A stretch of DNA of 64,000 nucleotides from Candidatus Uhrbacteria bacterium RIFOXYB12_FULL_58_10 (GCA_943354165.1 CALRBH010000003.1:5149-69148); one strand, 5' to 3'. Positions 7,677 to 16,653 are shown, counted from the first letter of the stretch. Translations and numbers: made by a program. Notes: generated by a model from the letters alone, not told the origin.

Positions 7677-9854
7677 CTATAAGTGGCTCAGGCGGACGGC
7701 GTAAAGCTTTGTTCCGGAGAGGATATAGGCAGTTTTTGTTGCTTCATCAATGATCACATCAAGCGCGTTTTCAAACGTGGGAGAGACGATTTGTGAGGTA
7801 AACGTTCCGGATTCCTTGGTATAGATCAGCAGACGCTTCTGCGCGGGCTCAAGGACATAAAGCCAGGTACTTGAGACGTCGGTCCAAATATCGGTTCCGG
7901 AGGACAGGGGTGGATCCACCACACTCGGCTTCCATCCCATCTGCCCACCGCTCGAGAACCGGACGACGTCCGAGCCTGTGAGGATGAAGACGGTGGCGTC
8001 GATGGCAAACGACCTGGCCTTTTCGAGGGTTACGGCTTTTGAACGAATCCACGGGCTTGGCGCGCTCCATCCACTGCCGGCGCGGGCGAACCGTTGGATC
8101 TGTCCGTCCGTTCCATTGGTTTCCAGGAGATAGAGTTTGTCCGCGTAAATCGTGAGATCGTTCCATGATGTTCCTGCCGCAGGAAGGAGGTCTGAGACAT
8201 GAAGGCCGTTGTCTTTGAAATCGAATCGCGAGAGGCCTGGTCGGTCGTCGAGGAATAAGATGCGGTCCGCGTCCAACGCAGCCTCGCGAGCGCTTCCTAC
8301 TTCGCCAATCGCGGCGATGATCGGCTCCGCCTTCTTTGCCGCCGGATCTATGCGGAAGACATGCTTGTCTGCCGAGAGGACATAAAGAAGTCCATCCTTA
8401 GAAATTAACGTACGGGCATCGGTGACCCCGAGGACGGCCAGGTCGGTGACAAGCGGAGGGTCTGGAATATTTACCGCCCGGCGTAGCTCATCAAGGCTCT
8501 GGGCAATGGACACCTTCAGCTCGTTTGCCGATTGTCCACGCTCTTCCGTGTCTGCAGGAAGTACTTCCGTAAGCGCAGATGCCTGTTGATAAAGGGCACG
8601 TGCTCTGGATTCATCTTGATAAATGACGGCCGCAGCGGCCTGTTCGCGCAAATCTCGGATCTGATCGATTTGCGCGGCATAGGTGGCATCAAGTTCCGCT
8701 GTTGCATGGGAACGGGAGAGGAAGGAGATGCTAAGAATGAGCGCAAAGACGACGCCGCCTGCGGCAACAAGAAGATATTTGCTACTAGGAGGAAGTTTAC
8801 GCAAGGATCCGAACGCCTTTGTGGCCGCCCGATCCGCACGGACCTTTACGCCTTCTGAGATGGCATAACGCGTCTCCTTATCAATGCCTTTTGGAAGAAC
8901 GGATTTTCCATGCCGCGTAATGCTTGCAATGCGTGTCTTTGTGGCAAGGAAGAGTCCGGAGATCCTGGCAGCCCTGCGCAGGAGGGCAGGCATCGTAGGT
9001 CGTTCGGCGCCGGCGACCTTTGGCTTTCGGCTGCGCAACCAGTTTCCGATGATGGTGAATGCGTTTCCCGGACGAGGACTCTGATCTTCAAGCAGACGTG
9101 TGGTTTCATCGCGTTTGTCGTGGAGGTTGGTAAGGGAACGCTCGGAGCTTGGCTTGGCCGTCTCAAAGGTGCTTCCGACGGAGGTGGCGCAGACCACGAA
9201 CACACTTACGCCCCCCTTGGGAGGGAAGTATTGGCGGATTTTGGCAGCAGCCCCGGTTGGCGGGAGCGTGGAGAGAATGGAACACAGCTCATCCGTGTCG
9301 ATGGTGGGCTGGAGATCCCGGTTGGCCACGCACAGCACGTCGCCTTCGTGCAGCTCGCCATCGAGCACAACCGCAAACGCTTTCTCCCAGGTGGGAAGTG
9401 CCTGTTCGGTTCGGATCGATCGTGACAGGTTGAACACCTGGTAGCGCTGCTGGGGCGTGCGATGCAGGAACATCGCCGTCACATCGCCGTTTCCGGAAAG
9501 GTACATCGTCTCTCCTTCCGCAATGCCGACCACGGCAAGAAAGGAGCCGATCGGCAACGACCACTCGGAATTTTTTACCGTGAGTGCGATGGTCTCGTTC
9601 AGCGAGGCTAAAAATTGTTCAAACCGGTGCTGAGCGTGTGCGTCCTCTCCAAACGAGTCGGCAAGGCGCTCAATGTGCTCCTCAATGATGGTCCGCAAAC
9701 GCTCCGCATCCATGGCGGATCGTCCCTGGGCGTCACAAAGCGCAAACGCGAATCCCATCCGCCCTTCGAGCGGTCGGACGATAACCATACGGCCCTCTTC
9801 CTTGCCTGCGAGGGGTGGATCCGTGAATTGTCCAGCTTTTAGCTCAATTTCCAT
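7677..9854 (-). CDS. Hypothetical single-pass membrane protein with C-terminal beta-propeller-like region
   Basis: 725-aa ORF, central TM segment, repeated LYVL/LYLL/AYIL blades. Confidence 0.75.
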   Translation of the reverse strand: MEIELKAGQFTDPPLAGKEEGRMVIVRPLEGRMGFAFALCDAQGRSAMDAERLRTIIEEHIERLADSFGEDAHAQHRFEQFLASLNETIALTVKNSEWSLPIGSFLAVVGIAEGETMYLSGNGDVTAMFLHRTPQQRYQVFNLSRSIRTEQALPTWEKAFAVVLDGELHEGDVLCVANRDLQPTIDTDELCSILSTLPPTGAAAKIRQYFPPKGGVSVFVVCATSVGSTFETAKPSSERSLTNLHDKRDETTRLLEDQSPRPGNAFTIIGNWLRSRKPKVAGAERPTMPALLRRAARISGLFLATKTRIASITRHGKSVLPKGIDKETRYAISEGVKVRADRAATKAFGSLRKLPPSSKYLLVAAGGVVFALILSISFLSRSHATAELDATYAAQIDQIRDLREQAAAAVIYQDESRARALYQQASALTEVLPADTEERGQSANELKVSIAQSLDELRRAVNIPDPPLVTDLAVLGVTDARTLISKDGLLYVLSADKHVFRIDPAAKKAEPIIAAIGEVGSAREAALDADRILFLDDRPGLSRFDFKDNGLHVSDLLPAAGTSWNDLTIYADKLYLLETNGTDGQIQRFARAGSGWSAPSPWIRSKAVTLEKARSFAIDATVFILTGSDVVRFSSGGQMGWKPSVVDPPLSSGTDIWTDVSSTWLYVLEPAQKRLLIYTKESGTFTSQIVSPTFENALDVIIDEATKTAYILSGTKLYAVRLSHL

Positions 9855-9932
9855 GTTGTTCTTGATGATTCCGGTACCGTTGTGTAGATTATACGCAACA
9901 ATTCCGGGGGAGCCAACGTATCAATCCTATTT

Positions 9933-10547
9933 GTGTCGAATCCGGATTTCAAGCTTGAACATCTCTTTGGTTCAAAAACCCGCGCGCGTCTGCTCGGGCT
10001 CTTCTTGATGCACCCGGAAACCGCCTTCTTTGTCCGTGAACTGACCCGTAAAATCGATGCCCAGCTCAACTCGGTCCGCCGCGAGCTCAAGAACCTTATT
10101 GATCTCGGACTAGTGGTGGAACGCGTCGGGGACGTGCCTGTGAAAACCGGAGCTGCGCTTTCGGAAAAGAAAAAGTATTACATCGTGAACGTAGACTTTA
10201 TCTTGTTTGAGGATTTGCGCCAGCTGTTCAAGAAGGTCCAGCTGCTTTTGAAGAACGGTCTTGTTCAAGACCTGTCTAAGGTCGGAGGCGTTGACTACCT
10301 CGCGTTCACGGGTCGTTTTATTGAACGCACGGACATGCCAACGGATTTGTTCATCGTCGGATCAGTGTCCGTTGAAGACGTTCAGCGTACAGTGGCCGCC
10401 CTCGAGAAGGAACTCGGTCACGAAGTGAACTATACCCTTATGTCACGGGAGGAGTTCAAGTATCGTCGAGAATTGAATGATCGGTTCATCCAGTCCATTG
10501 TCCGTCCAGAGAACATTGTGACCGTGAACACGATTGATGTCGTATGA
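9933..10547 (+). CDS. Winged-helix regulator with nucleotidyltransferase-like C-terminus
   Basis: LFGSKTRARLL..VRELTR..NSVRRELKNL; TDLFIVG. Confidence 0.75.
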   Translation: MSNPDFKLEHLFGSKTRARLLGLFLMHPETAFFVRELTRKIDAQLNSVRRELKNLIDLGLVVERVGDVPVKTGAALSEKKKYYIVNVDFILFEDLRQLFKKVQLLLKNGLVQDLSKVGGVDYLAFTGRFIERTDMPTDLFIVGSVSVEDVQRTVAALEKELGHEVNYTLMSREEFKYRRELNDRFIQSIVRPENIVTVNTIDVV

Positions 10548-10945
10548 CGCTCGTCGTATGCGGACAGGATATTACCCGTCTTGAGTTAGCCCTCTTGGAC
10601 GGGTCTTCTGTTGTTCAGGTGAAAACCGTTGCGGCCCCGCCTGAACAGTATCTTTCCACCATCGCCAAGTCGTTGGCCGCCTGGAACATCGACCCCGCCG
10701 ATCTCACGGAACTGATCGTGGTCTCTGGCCCCGGAGCGTTCACTTCAAGCCGACTTTCCACAACCTTGGTGAATACGTTTGGATTTGTTCACAACATTCC
10801 GCTGTTTTCCGTGGCAAACGAGGAACGCCTTCCTTTGGCTGTGTTTATAGAAAATGGCGCCCTCGCCAAGAAGGAATCGGTACGTTATGCACAGCCTGTC
10901 TACGACCGGCCCCCAAACATCACCTTGCCACGACCTGTAAAATAG
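10544..10945 (+). CDS. tsaB: Short TsaB-like protein (t6A biosynthesis)
   Basis: VVSGPGAFTSSR resembles the TsaB GPGSFTGLR motif; only 133 aa. Confidence 0.6.
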   Translation: MTLVVCGQDITRLELALLDGSSVVQVKTVAAPPEQYLSTIAKSLAAWNIDPADLTELIVVSGPGAFTSSRLSTTLVNTFGFVHNIPLFSVANEERLPLAVFIENGALAKKESVRYAQPVYDRPPNITLPRPVK

Positions 10946-10981
10946 CTTCAGAATAGAGGATATTCTTATCCACACACTTAT

Positions 10982-11671
10982 ATGGCCTCACCCGCGATGT
11001 CGTCGATCAGCGTTTTCCGTGATTCATTGTTCAGCCTTTGGCAGAGCGTTATTGAAGCGTTGCCGATCGTCGCTGGAGCCATCGTCGTATTCGTCCTCGG
11101 TCTCGTAGTCGCGGGTGTGCTCAGCCGCGTCGTACTGAAGGTGGTTGAAGTGCTTCGTCTCGATGAGTTGGTGGGGAAGCTAGATCTCAAGGCAACACTT
11201 GAGCGCGTAGGCATCCGCTTGCGCGTAGGCATCCTCCTTGCCTGGATGGTCCGTTGGTTCTTCATCATTGTCTCCCTGATTGCCGCCACCGATATTCTCG
11301 ATTGGGACCAGGTGACGGATTATCTCAAGCAGGTGGTCACCTACATCCCGAACGTGATCATCGCCGTCATTATTCTTCTTGCCGGAATCCTCCTCGGAAA
11401 CTTTGTCCGTGGCGTGGTGAAGTCGTCCGTGGAAGCCGCGAAGCTTTCCTCCGCGGAATTCCTCTCCGGCATGGCGAAGTGGGCCATCCTGGTGTTCAGC
11501 TTCATGGCAGCACTTGTCCAGCTCCAGATTGCTCCAGACCTCATCCGTACGCTCTTTACCGGGCTTGTGGCGATGCTGGCGCTCGCAGGTGGGCTCGCCT
11601 TCGGTCTTGGGGGCAAGGAGCATGCGGCACGCGTTATGGACCGTTTGCGCAAGGATATTTCCTCCAATTAA
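10982..11671 (+). CDS. TM-helix-repeat membrane protein (MscS N-terminal/CmpX-like)
   Basis: YIPNVIIAVIIL, LAGGLAFGLGGKE. Confidence 0.8.
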   Translation: MASPAMSSISVFRDSLFSLWQSVIEALPIVAGAIVVFVLGLVVAGVLSRVVLKVVEVLRLDELVGKLDLKATLERVGIRLRVGILLAWMVRWFFIIVSLIAATDILDWDQVTDYLKQVVTYIPNVIIAVIILLAGILLGNFVRGVVKSSVEAAKLSSAEFLSGMAKWAILVFSFMAALVQLQIAPDLIRTLFTGLVAMLALAGGLAFGLGGKEHAARVMDRLRKDISSN

Positions 11672-11685
11672 GCCAAAGGACGATG

Positions 11686-11709
11686 AAACGGGGCATTGCC
11701 CCGTTTTTT
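11686..11709 (+). terminator. Intrinsic terminator
   Basis: AAACGGGGC-att-GCCCCGTTT followed by further T. Confidence 0.65.
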
Positions 11710-11773
11710 CGATGAAATTTTGCCGTTGCCTTTGGCGCACAAGTCGATATACTCGATAGATACCTGATGGTGT

Positions 11774-12787
11774 ATGCCAGATATCCCCATGCCTAATAGT
11801 GCCGATTTTCTCTTGTACACCGGCCCGGACGGGGCAGTGCGGATTGACGTGTTCATGCGAGATGAAACGGTCTGGCTTACGCAGAAGCGGATGGCCGAGT
11901 TATTTGGCGTAGACAGAAGCGTCATTACGAAGCACTTAAGCAATATTTTTGAAGAAGCTGAGTTGAGCGAAAAAACAGTATGTGCAAATTTTGCACATAC
12001 TGCCGCTGACGGAAAAACCTATGAAACGCAGTTTTATAGTCTGGACGCGATCATTGCGGTTGGCTATCGCGTGAACTCCGAACAAGCAACGCAATTTCGT
12101 ATCTGGGCGACCAAGACCCTCAGTGGATACGTTGTAAAGGGGTTTGCGATCGATGACGAACGCCTTAAGAACGGACAGCACTTCGGGAAGGATTACTTCG
12201 ATGAACTGCTCGAGAAGATCCGGGAGATCCGCGCGAGCGAGCGCCGTTTCTATCAAAAGATCACGGACCTCTACGCGCAAGCAAGCATTGATTACGACAA
12301 GGCTTCCGAAACGACTTTTACGTTTTACAAGACCGTCCAGAACAAATTGCACTGCGCGATTCATGGGCACACAGCTCCTGAACTGATCGTGGAACGTGCA
12401 GATAGTGCGAAGCCAAAGATGGGACTTACGACGTGGAAGAACGCCCCTGCAGGGAAGATCCTCAAGTCCGATGTGGCCGTTGCAAAGAATTATCTGGAGG
12501 AGAAGGAGCTGACCGAACTCAATCGTGTCGTCTCCATGTATTTGGATTACGCCGAAGGGCAAGCGAAGAAACAACGGACGATGACCATGTGTGATTGGGC
12601 GGAAAAACTCGATGCGTTTCTTGCCTTCAATGAATACGATCTGCTGCGCGATGCGGGAAAAATCTCCGCAGAGGTGGCGAAGAAGTTGGCGGAGGAGGAA
12701 TACGAGAAATATCGCATTATCCAGGATCAGCAGTTTGTTTCAGATTTTGACGAGACGACGCGAAAATATCTTGAGGGAGGTGTATGA
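11774..12787 (+). CDS. RhuM-family protein
   Basis: ETVWLTQKRMAELFG, YSLDAIIAVGYRVNS..ATQFRIWAT, IREIRASERRFYQKITD. Confidence 0.92.
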   Translation: MPDIPMPNSADFLLYTGPDGAVRIDVFMRDETVWLTQKRMAELFGVDRSVITKHLSNIFEEAELSEKTVCANFAHTAADGKTYETQFYSLDAIIAVGYRVNSEQATQFRIWATKTLSGYVVKGFAIDDERLKNGQHFGKDYFDELLEKIREIRASERRFYQKITDLYAQASIDYDKASETTFTFYKTVQNKLHCAIHGHTAPELIVERADSAKPKMGLTTWKNAPAGKILKSDVAVAKNYLEEKELTELNRVVSMYLDYAEGQAKKQRTMTMCDWAEKLDAFLAFNEYDLLRDAGKISAEVAKKLAEEEYEKYRIIQDQQFVSDFDETTRKYLEGGV

Positions 12788-12832
12788 TTTTCCTGTTAGA
12801 CTGTGTGCAACCTTGACTCAAGATATCCACAT

Positions 12833-14767
12833 ATGCCCGAACGCCCCGGCCCTGGCCCAGAATTCCTAAAGAAGAAATACGACCTCCATAACACCCCGGA
12901 GGTCGCTTCGGCAGTGAAACGCACCGAGATTCGTACTGGCGAAAAGGCCCCGCAAGACCCGACTGTTCGCATCCAGAACTATCTCGACCGGCTCGAGCGA
13001 CTTGTCCTCGATACAGAAAAAACGCAGCGGCGGAAAAAACTGAAGGGAGGACGGGATGATGCCGAACGCCCACGAGCCATGACCTTGCTACGGGAAATGG
13101 TCATGAACAAATACGTTCGTCCTCAGAAGGAAAAGATGGCGCAGGCCGCTACTCGTGTGGAAGAACGCGCGGCAGGGGAACTCGGCATCAACATGCGTTA
13201 CACAGAAGAACAGCGAGAGCAGCGCGGCGACATCGCCGTAGAGGACGTGGAAGGCTCTCTCGACCAATGGATCAACTATCTTTCAGATCCGAACGAACCG
13301 TATCCGACCTGGTTTCGCTATTACGCCTTCCGAAACATTTTGGATCTGGGCGAGTACGACAAGGACAAAGGCGCGTTCCCAGAACGTTCTGCAGGAACCA
13401 TCCGCCTGTTTCCTGACATCGACCGGGGAGCCTTGGCCCACATGCAGGACCTTATCGAGGCTGATAAAGACTCAACCGTCTTTGATCGCTTACGGCATGC
13501 CCAGATGGAAACGCAGACACCGGCCGACCAGCTGCTAACCAAGGAAAAGGTTAAGGCGTTCGCAAACCTTTCCTTCGCCAAACAATACGCCGAAAGTATG
13601 AAGGAAGCGGGAGAAATCACTCCCGAGCTTCGAGCCGAAACCCGGGGATCGTGGGTGACATATCCAAAGGATTCAGACCCCGCTCCTTTGTGGAAGTCCC
13701 TTCAAAACAAAGGGGCTGCCTGGTGCACGAAAGGCTACGGCACGGCCGCGAACCAGCTGAAGGATGGAGATTTTCACGTTTATTACACCTTAGACAAGCA
13801 AGGGAACCCGACCATTCCTCGCATCGCCGTTCGGATGGTGGCTGAAAAGGTTTTTGAAGCGCGGGGAGTTGCCGACACGAAACAAAATCTTGAAGCCAAC
13901 ATGGCGGATATTGCTGAACAGAAGCTAAATCAGCTCCCCGGTGCGGAGAAATACCGCAAAGCAAGTGCGGACATGAAACAGCTCACCGACATCGGGAACA
14001 AGACTGAGAAGGAAACCGCTCTTACCAAGGCCGAACTAACGTTCCTATATGAGATCGATGGGTCGATCGAAGGGTTTGGGTATGGCCAAGACCCACGCAT
14101 AAAGGAGATTCAAGCCAAGCGTAATACCAAGGAGGATGCTCCTATTGTTCTTGACGTCGCTCCGGAAGAAATCGCCTGGAGCAAGAGTGAGATCGATCCA
14201 ATCCTCACCCGTGCCTACATCGGCCCATTGTTCCCGGGTGTATTCGAGATAAAAAATCTTGAACATTTGTACACAACTTTTCCTGCACGCGAAATTACGA
14301 CGACCACCCTCGAAGTCGGTGGGAAGACTCCGAAGCAATACGCCACCGAACTCACTAAGGCCGGTTTCAAGATTTACGACTACGCGCAGCAAATGCTCGA
14401 TAGAGCCGAGAAGGAAAAACTGTTTGTTGCAAAACGAAGTGAGAAAGATATTGTCCGTCTCACAGTAGCTGATCTCGGATTTTCGAATGGAGCCACGAAC
14501 CAGCAGATATGGGATCGCGGAATAGAGCTAGGCCTCGATCTGTGCCCTCCCGAGGTTGGACCAGAACTTCGTCTCTCCATGAAAGATCAACCACAAGGTG
14601 ATTATGTGGTTGTTATGATGAAACCCATCGCGGTCGCTGGTGGCGGCCTGGACGCGTTCGGCGTGTATGCGCGTGGCGGCGACCGCTGGCTCTTCGACGA
14701 CGATGGTCATCCCGGCCGCAGGCGGGATACCGACGATGCCGTTGCCTTCCTCCGTCGCAAGCATTAG
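12833..14767 (+). CDS. DGR target protein (about 644 aa) with C-terminal variable region
   Basis: Last 44 codons match the TR; no signal peptide or TM segment visible; start set to ATG 12833 (track gives GTG 12803). Confidence 0.9.
   Translation: MPERPGPGPEFLKKKYDLHNTPEVASAVKRTEIRTGEKAPQDPTVRIQNYLDRLERLVLDTEKTQRRKKLKGGRDDAERPRAMTLLREMVMNKYVRPQKEKMAQAATRVEERAAGELGINMRYTEEQREQRGDIAVEDVEGSLDQWINYLSDPNEPYPTWFRYYAFRNILDLGEYDKDKGAFPERSAGTIRLFPDIDRGALAHMQDLIEADKDSTVFDRLRHAQMETQTPADQLLTKEKVKAFANLSFAKQYAESMKEAGEITPELRAETRGSWVTYPKDSDPAPLWKSLQNKGAAWCTKGYGTAANQLKDGDFHVYYTLDKQGNPTIPRIAVRMVAEKVFEARGVADTKQNLEANMADIAEQKLNQLPGAEKYRKASADMKQLTDIGNKTEKETALTKAELTFLYEIDGSIEGFGYGQDPRIKEIQAKRNTKEDAPIVLDVAPEEIAWSKSEIDPILTRAYIGPLFPGVFEIKNLEHLYTTFPAREITTTTLEVGGKTPKQYATELTKAGFKIYDYAQQMLDRAEKEKLFVAKRSEKDIVRLTVADLGFSNGATNQQIWDRGIELGLDLCPPEVGPELRLSMKDQPQGDYVVVMMKPIAVAGGGLDAFGVYARGGDRWLFDDDGHPGRRRDTDDAVAFLRRKH
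14630..14760 (+). repeat. DGR variable repeat (VR)
   Basis: 131 bp, colinear with 15079-15209; 20 mismatches, all at TR adenines. Confidence 0.97.
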
Positions 14768-15078
14768 TACTTAGTCCTCGATTTTTTTAGATCTAGCCCT
14801 CAGTTCCTATGCCCTAAAAAACTTTTAGGATTTATACGTGTGATAGAATTGGAGAGGTAGTAGGCGAATCTTGCGAGAGATCACGGTTTCCCGCGGCCGA
14901 ATCCAGCATCTGTACATCGAGAATGTCTTCGATCACGGTTGGAGACAGGGTGGTGTATATGTCTTTCAAAAAATTGAAGATGCTTGGTGTGGGGTGCTAG
15001 GGCATTATGATGCCGAATTCGATTCAGCCCTGAGAATGGTCAAAGGGCGGTGTTTTGGAAGGCGCTCCATACATACGG

Positions 15079-15209
15079 ACGGACGCTGATGGCGACCTGA
15101 ACGCGTTCAACGTGAATGCGAATGACGGCGACCGCTGGCTCAACAACGACAATGGTCATCCCGACAACAAGCGGAATACCGACGATGCCGTTGCCTTCCT
15201 CCGTCGCAA
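15079..15209 (+). ncRNA. DGR template repeat (TR)
   Basis: AAC/AAT/GAC-rich copy of the VR with 34 adenines. Confidence 0.95.
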
Positions 15210-15214
15210 CCACT

Positions 15215-15610
15215 TCATTTCTCTTCCGTCGCGGCAGACACGGAAGAGTTTTGTTTTTTGTTCAGTTGGCCGTCCCATCCGCCGAGGTTTCTTCCAATTT
15301 CATCTAGGAGTTCCGATAGCGTGATATATTTCTTGTTATCGAGCGATCCTGTTTCCCATAGGATCATCAGGAGAATTTTAGCCGTGTCGAGTTTGCGGAT
15401 CGCAAATCGGACCAGAGGAGATTTTTCCGGCTTCGGTAAAAAAGCAGCAACAGCAAGTGTCTCTATAACTTCTACAAATAGGCAATCTACCCGGATACCG
15501 AGCGAGTAACGGTGAGTTTTCGGGATCGTCTGGAGATAATTAAACCAAAGCAAGTATGCACGTTTGGATTTCTCTAAAACTGGCAGTAATTGCGTTGGGG
15601 GGGGGAAAAC
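15215..15610 (-). CDS. avd: Avd-like four-helix-bundle accessory protein; 5' end apparently frameshifted at a C9 tract
   Basis: LPVLEKSKRAYLLW..IPKTHRYSLG..LDEIGRNLGGW; frame open 15610-15215 with no 5' ATG. Confidence 0.85.
   Translation of the reverse strand, partial: VFPPPTQLLPVLEKSKRAYLLWFNYLQTIPKTHRYSLGIRVDCLFVEVIETLAVAAFLPKPEKSPLVRFAIRKLDTAKILLMILWETGSLDNKKYITLSELLDEIGRNLGGWDGQLNKKQNSSVSAATEEK
15221..15262 (+). terminator. Hairpin plus U-tract just 3' of the TR (TR-RNA terminator or spacer structure)
   Basis: CTCTTCCGT-10 nt-ACGGAAGAG then TTTTGTTTTTTGTT. Confidence 0.6.
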
Positions 15611-15618
15611 TTAATTGA

Positions 15619-16620
15619 ATGTCGAATCGATTCGTCCATACGTACGAGGATATCATCTCGATCGAAAACCTGCTTGCGGCTTGGGAGGAATTTACGGTTG
15701 GTAAACGAGGACGGATTGATGTGCAGGAGTTTGGATTGAATCTGATGTCCAATATATTTGCCTTGCGTCGGGATCTTGTTGGCAAAACGTATGTTCACTC
15801 GCCGTATCATGCGTTTAACATCTCTGATCCAAAGCCACGGAATATCCATAAGGCAGCCGTAAGCGATCGTCTGCTGCATCATGCCGTTTATCGGATGCTC
15901 TATCCGTACTTTGACGCCAGGTTCATTGCGGATTCGTTTTCTTGTCGATTGGGGAAGGGGACGCATCGGGCGTTAGATCGGTTTCGTTCGTTCGCAAACA
16001 AGGTTTCACTGAATCACATACGAACGGTTTGGGTATTGAAGTGTGACATTAGGAAGTTCTTTGCGAATATCGATCACACCATCCTCTTAGGGATCCTGGG
16101 ACGATCAATCACTGACAAGGACATCAAGTGGCTGTTGGGGAGGATTGTCGGAAGTTTTTCGTCGACTCGGCACGGCGTCGGTTTACCGCTCGGGAATCTC
16201 ACCTCCCAGTTATTCGTGAATATCTACATGAACGAGTTTGATCAGTTCGTGAAAAAGAAACTGCACGTGAAGCATTACGTCCGATACGCTGATGATTTCG
16301 TCTTTCTGAGTGAAGATCGGAGCTGTTTGATCGGGGCCCTTACAGATATTGCTAACTTTCTCGGATCTCGATTGAGACTTTCATTGCATCCTGACAAGGT
16401 TTTTATTCAGACTTTTGCCTCGGGTGTAGATTTCCTTGGTTGGACCCATTTTCCTGATCACAGGGTCTTACGGACGACGACGAAACGGAGGATGATGAAC
16501 AGGATCAGTGAGGGGGTTGGAGATATGACCAAGGCCTCGTATCTCGGCCTGCTTATACATGGAAATGCGTTTGAAGCACAGCAGAAGATATCAAATACAC
16601 CTAACATCATTTTTGCTTGA
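15619..16620 (+). CDS. DGR reverse transcriptase
   Basis: DPKPRNI, KCDIRKFF, GLPLGNLTSQ (SQ typical of DGR RTs), YVRYADDF, DFLG; no maturase or endonuclease tail. Confidence 0.96.
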   Translation: MSNRFVHTYEDIISIENLLAAWEEFTVGKRGRIDVQEFGLNLMSNIFALRRDLVGKTYVHSPYHAFNISDPKPRNIHKAAVSDRLLHHAVYRMLYPYFDARFIADSFSCRLGKGTHRALDRFRSFANKVSLNHIRTVWVLKCDIRKFFANIDHTILLGILGRSITDKDIKWLLGRIVGSFSSTRHGVGLPLGNLTSQLFVNIYMNEFDQFVKKKLHVKHYVRYADDFVFLSEDRSCLIGALTDIANFLGSRLRLSLHPDKVFIQTFASGVDFLGWTHFPDHRVLRTTTKRRMMNRISEGVGDMTKASYLGLLIHGNAFEAQQKISNTPNIIFA

Positions 16621-16653
16621 TTTTCCACACATTTCTGCTAGGATACGCCCGTT

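Larger units (their letters stand above)
12833..16620. mobile_element. Diversity-generating retroelement: target(VR) - TR - avd(antisense) - RT
   Basis: VR/TR pair with adenine-only mismatches, DGR-type RT, Avd-like four-helix-bundle gene. Confidence 0.97.

Noticed and set aside
14723-14725. Arg (CGG) in both VR and TR where I would expect Trp in similar DGR targets
   Set aside because: Rests only on my recollection of a family consensus; needs an alignment.
14871-15089. 72-aa ORF between VR and TR
   Set aside because: TTG start, no recognisable motif, overlaps the likely TR promoter and 5' end.
15055-15324. 89-aa ORF resembling the target C-terminus
   Set aside because: It is the template repeat read in frame and overlaps avd antisense; an open frame is expected for a TR.
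15619-16620. RT as group II intron, retron or Abi RT
   Set aside because: No maturase or endonuclease tail and no retron VTG motif seen; the SQ motif, TR/VR pair and avd identify a DGR.
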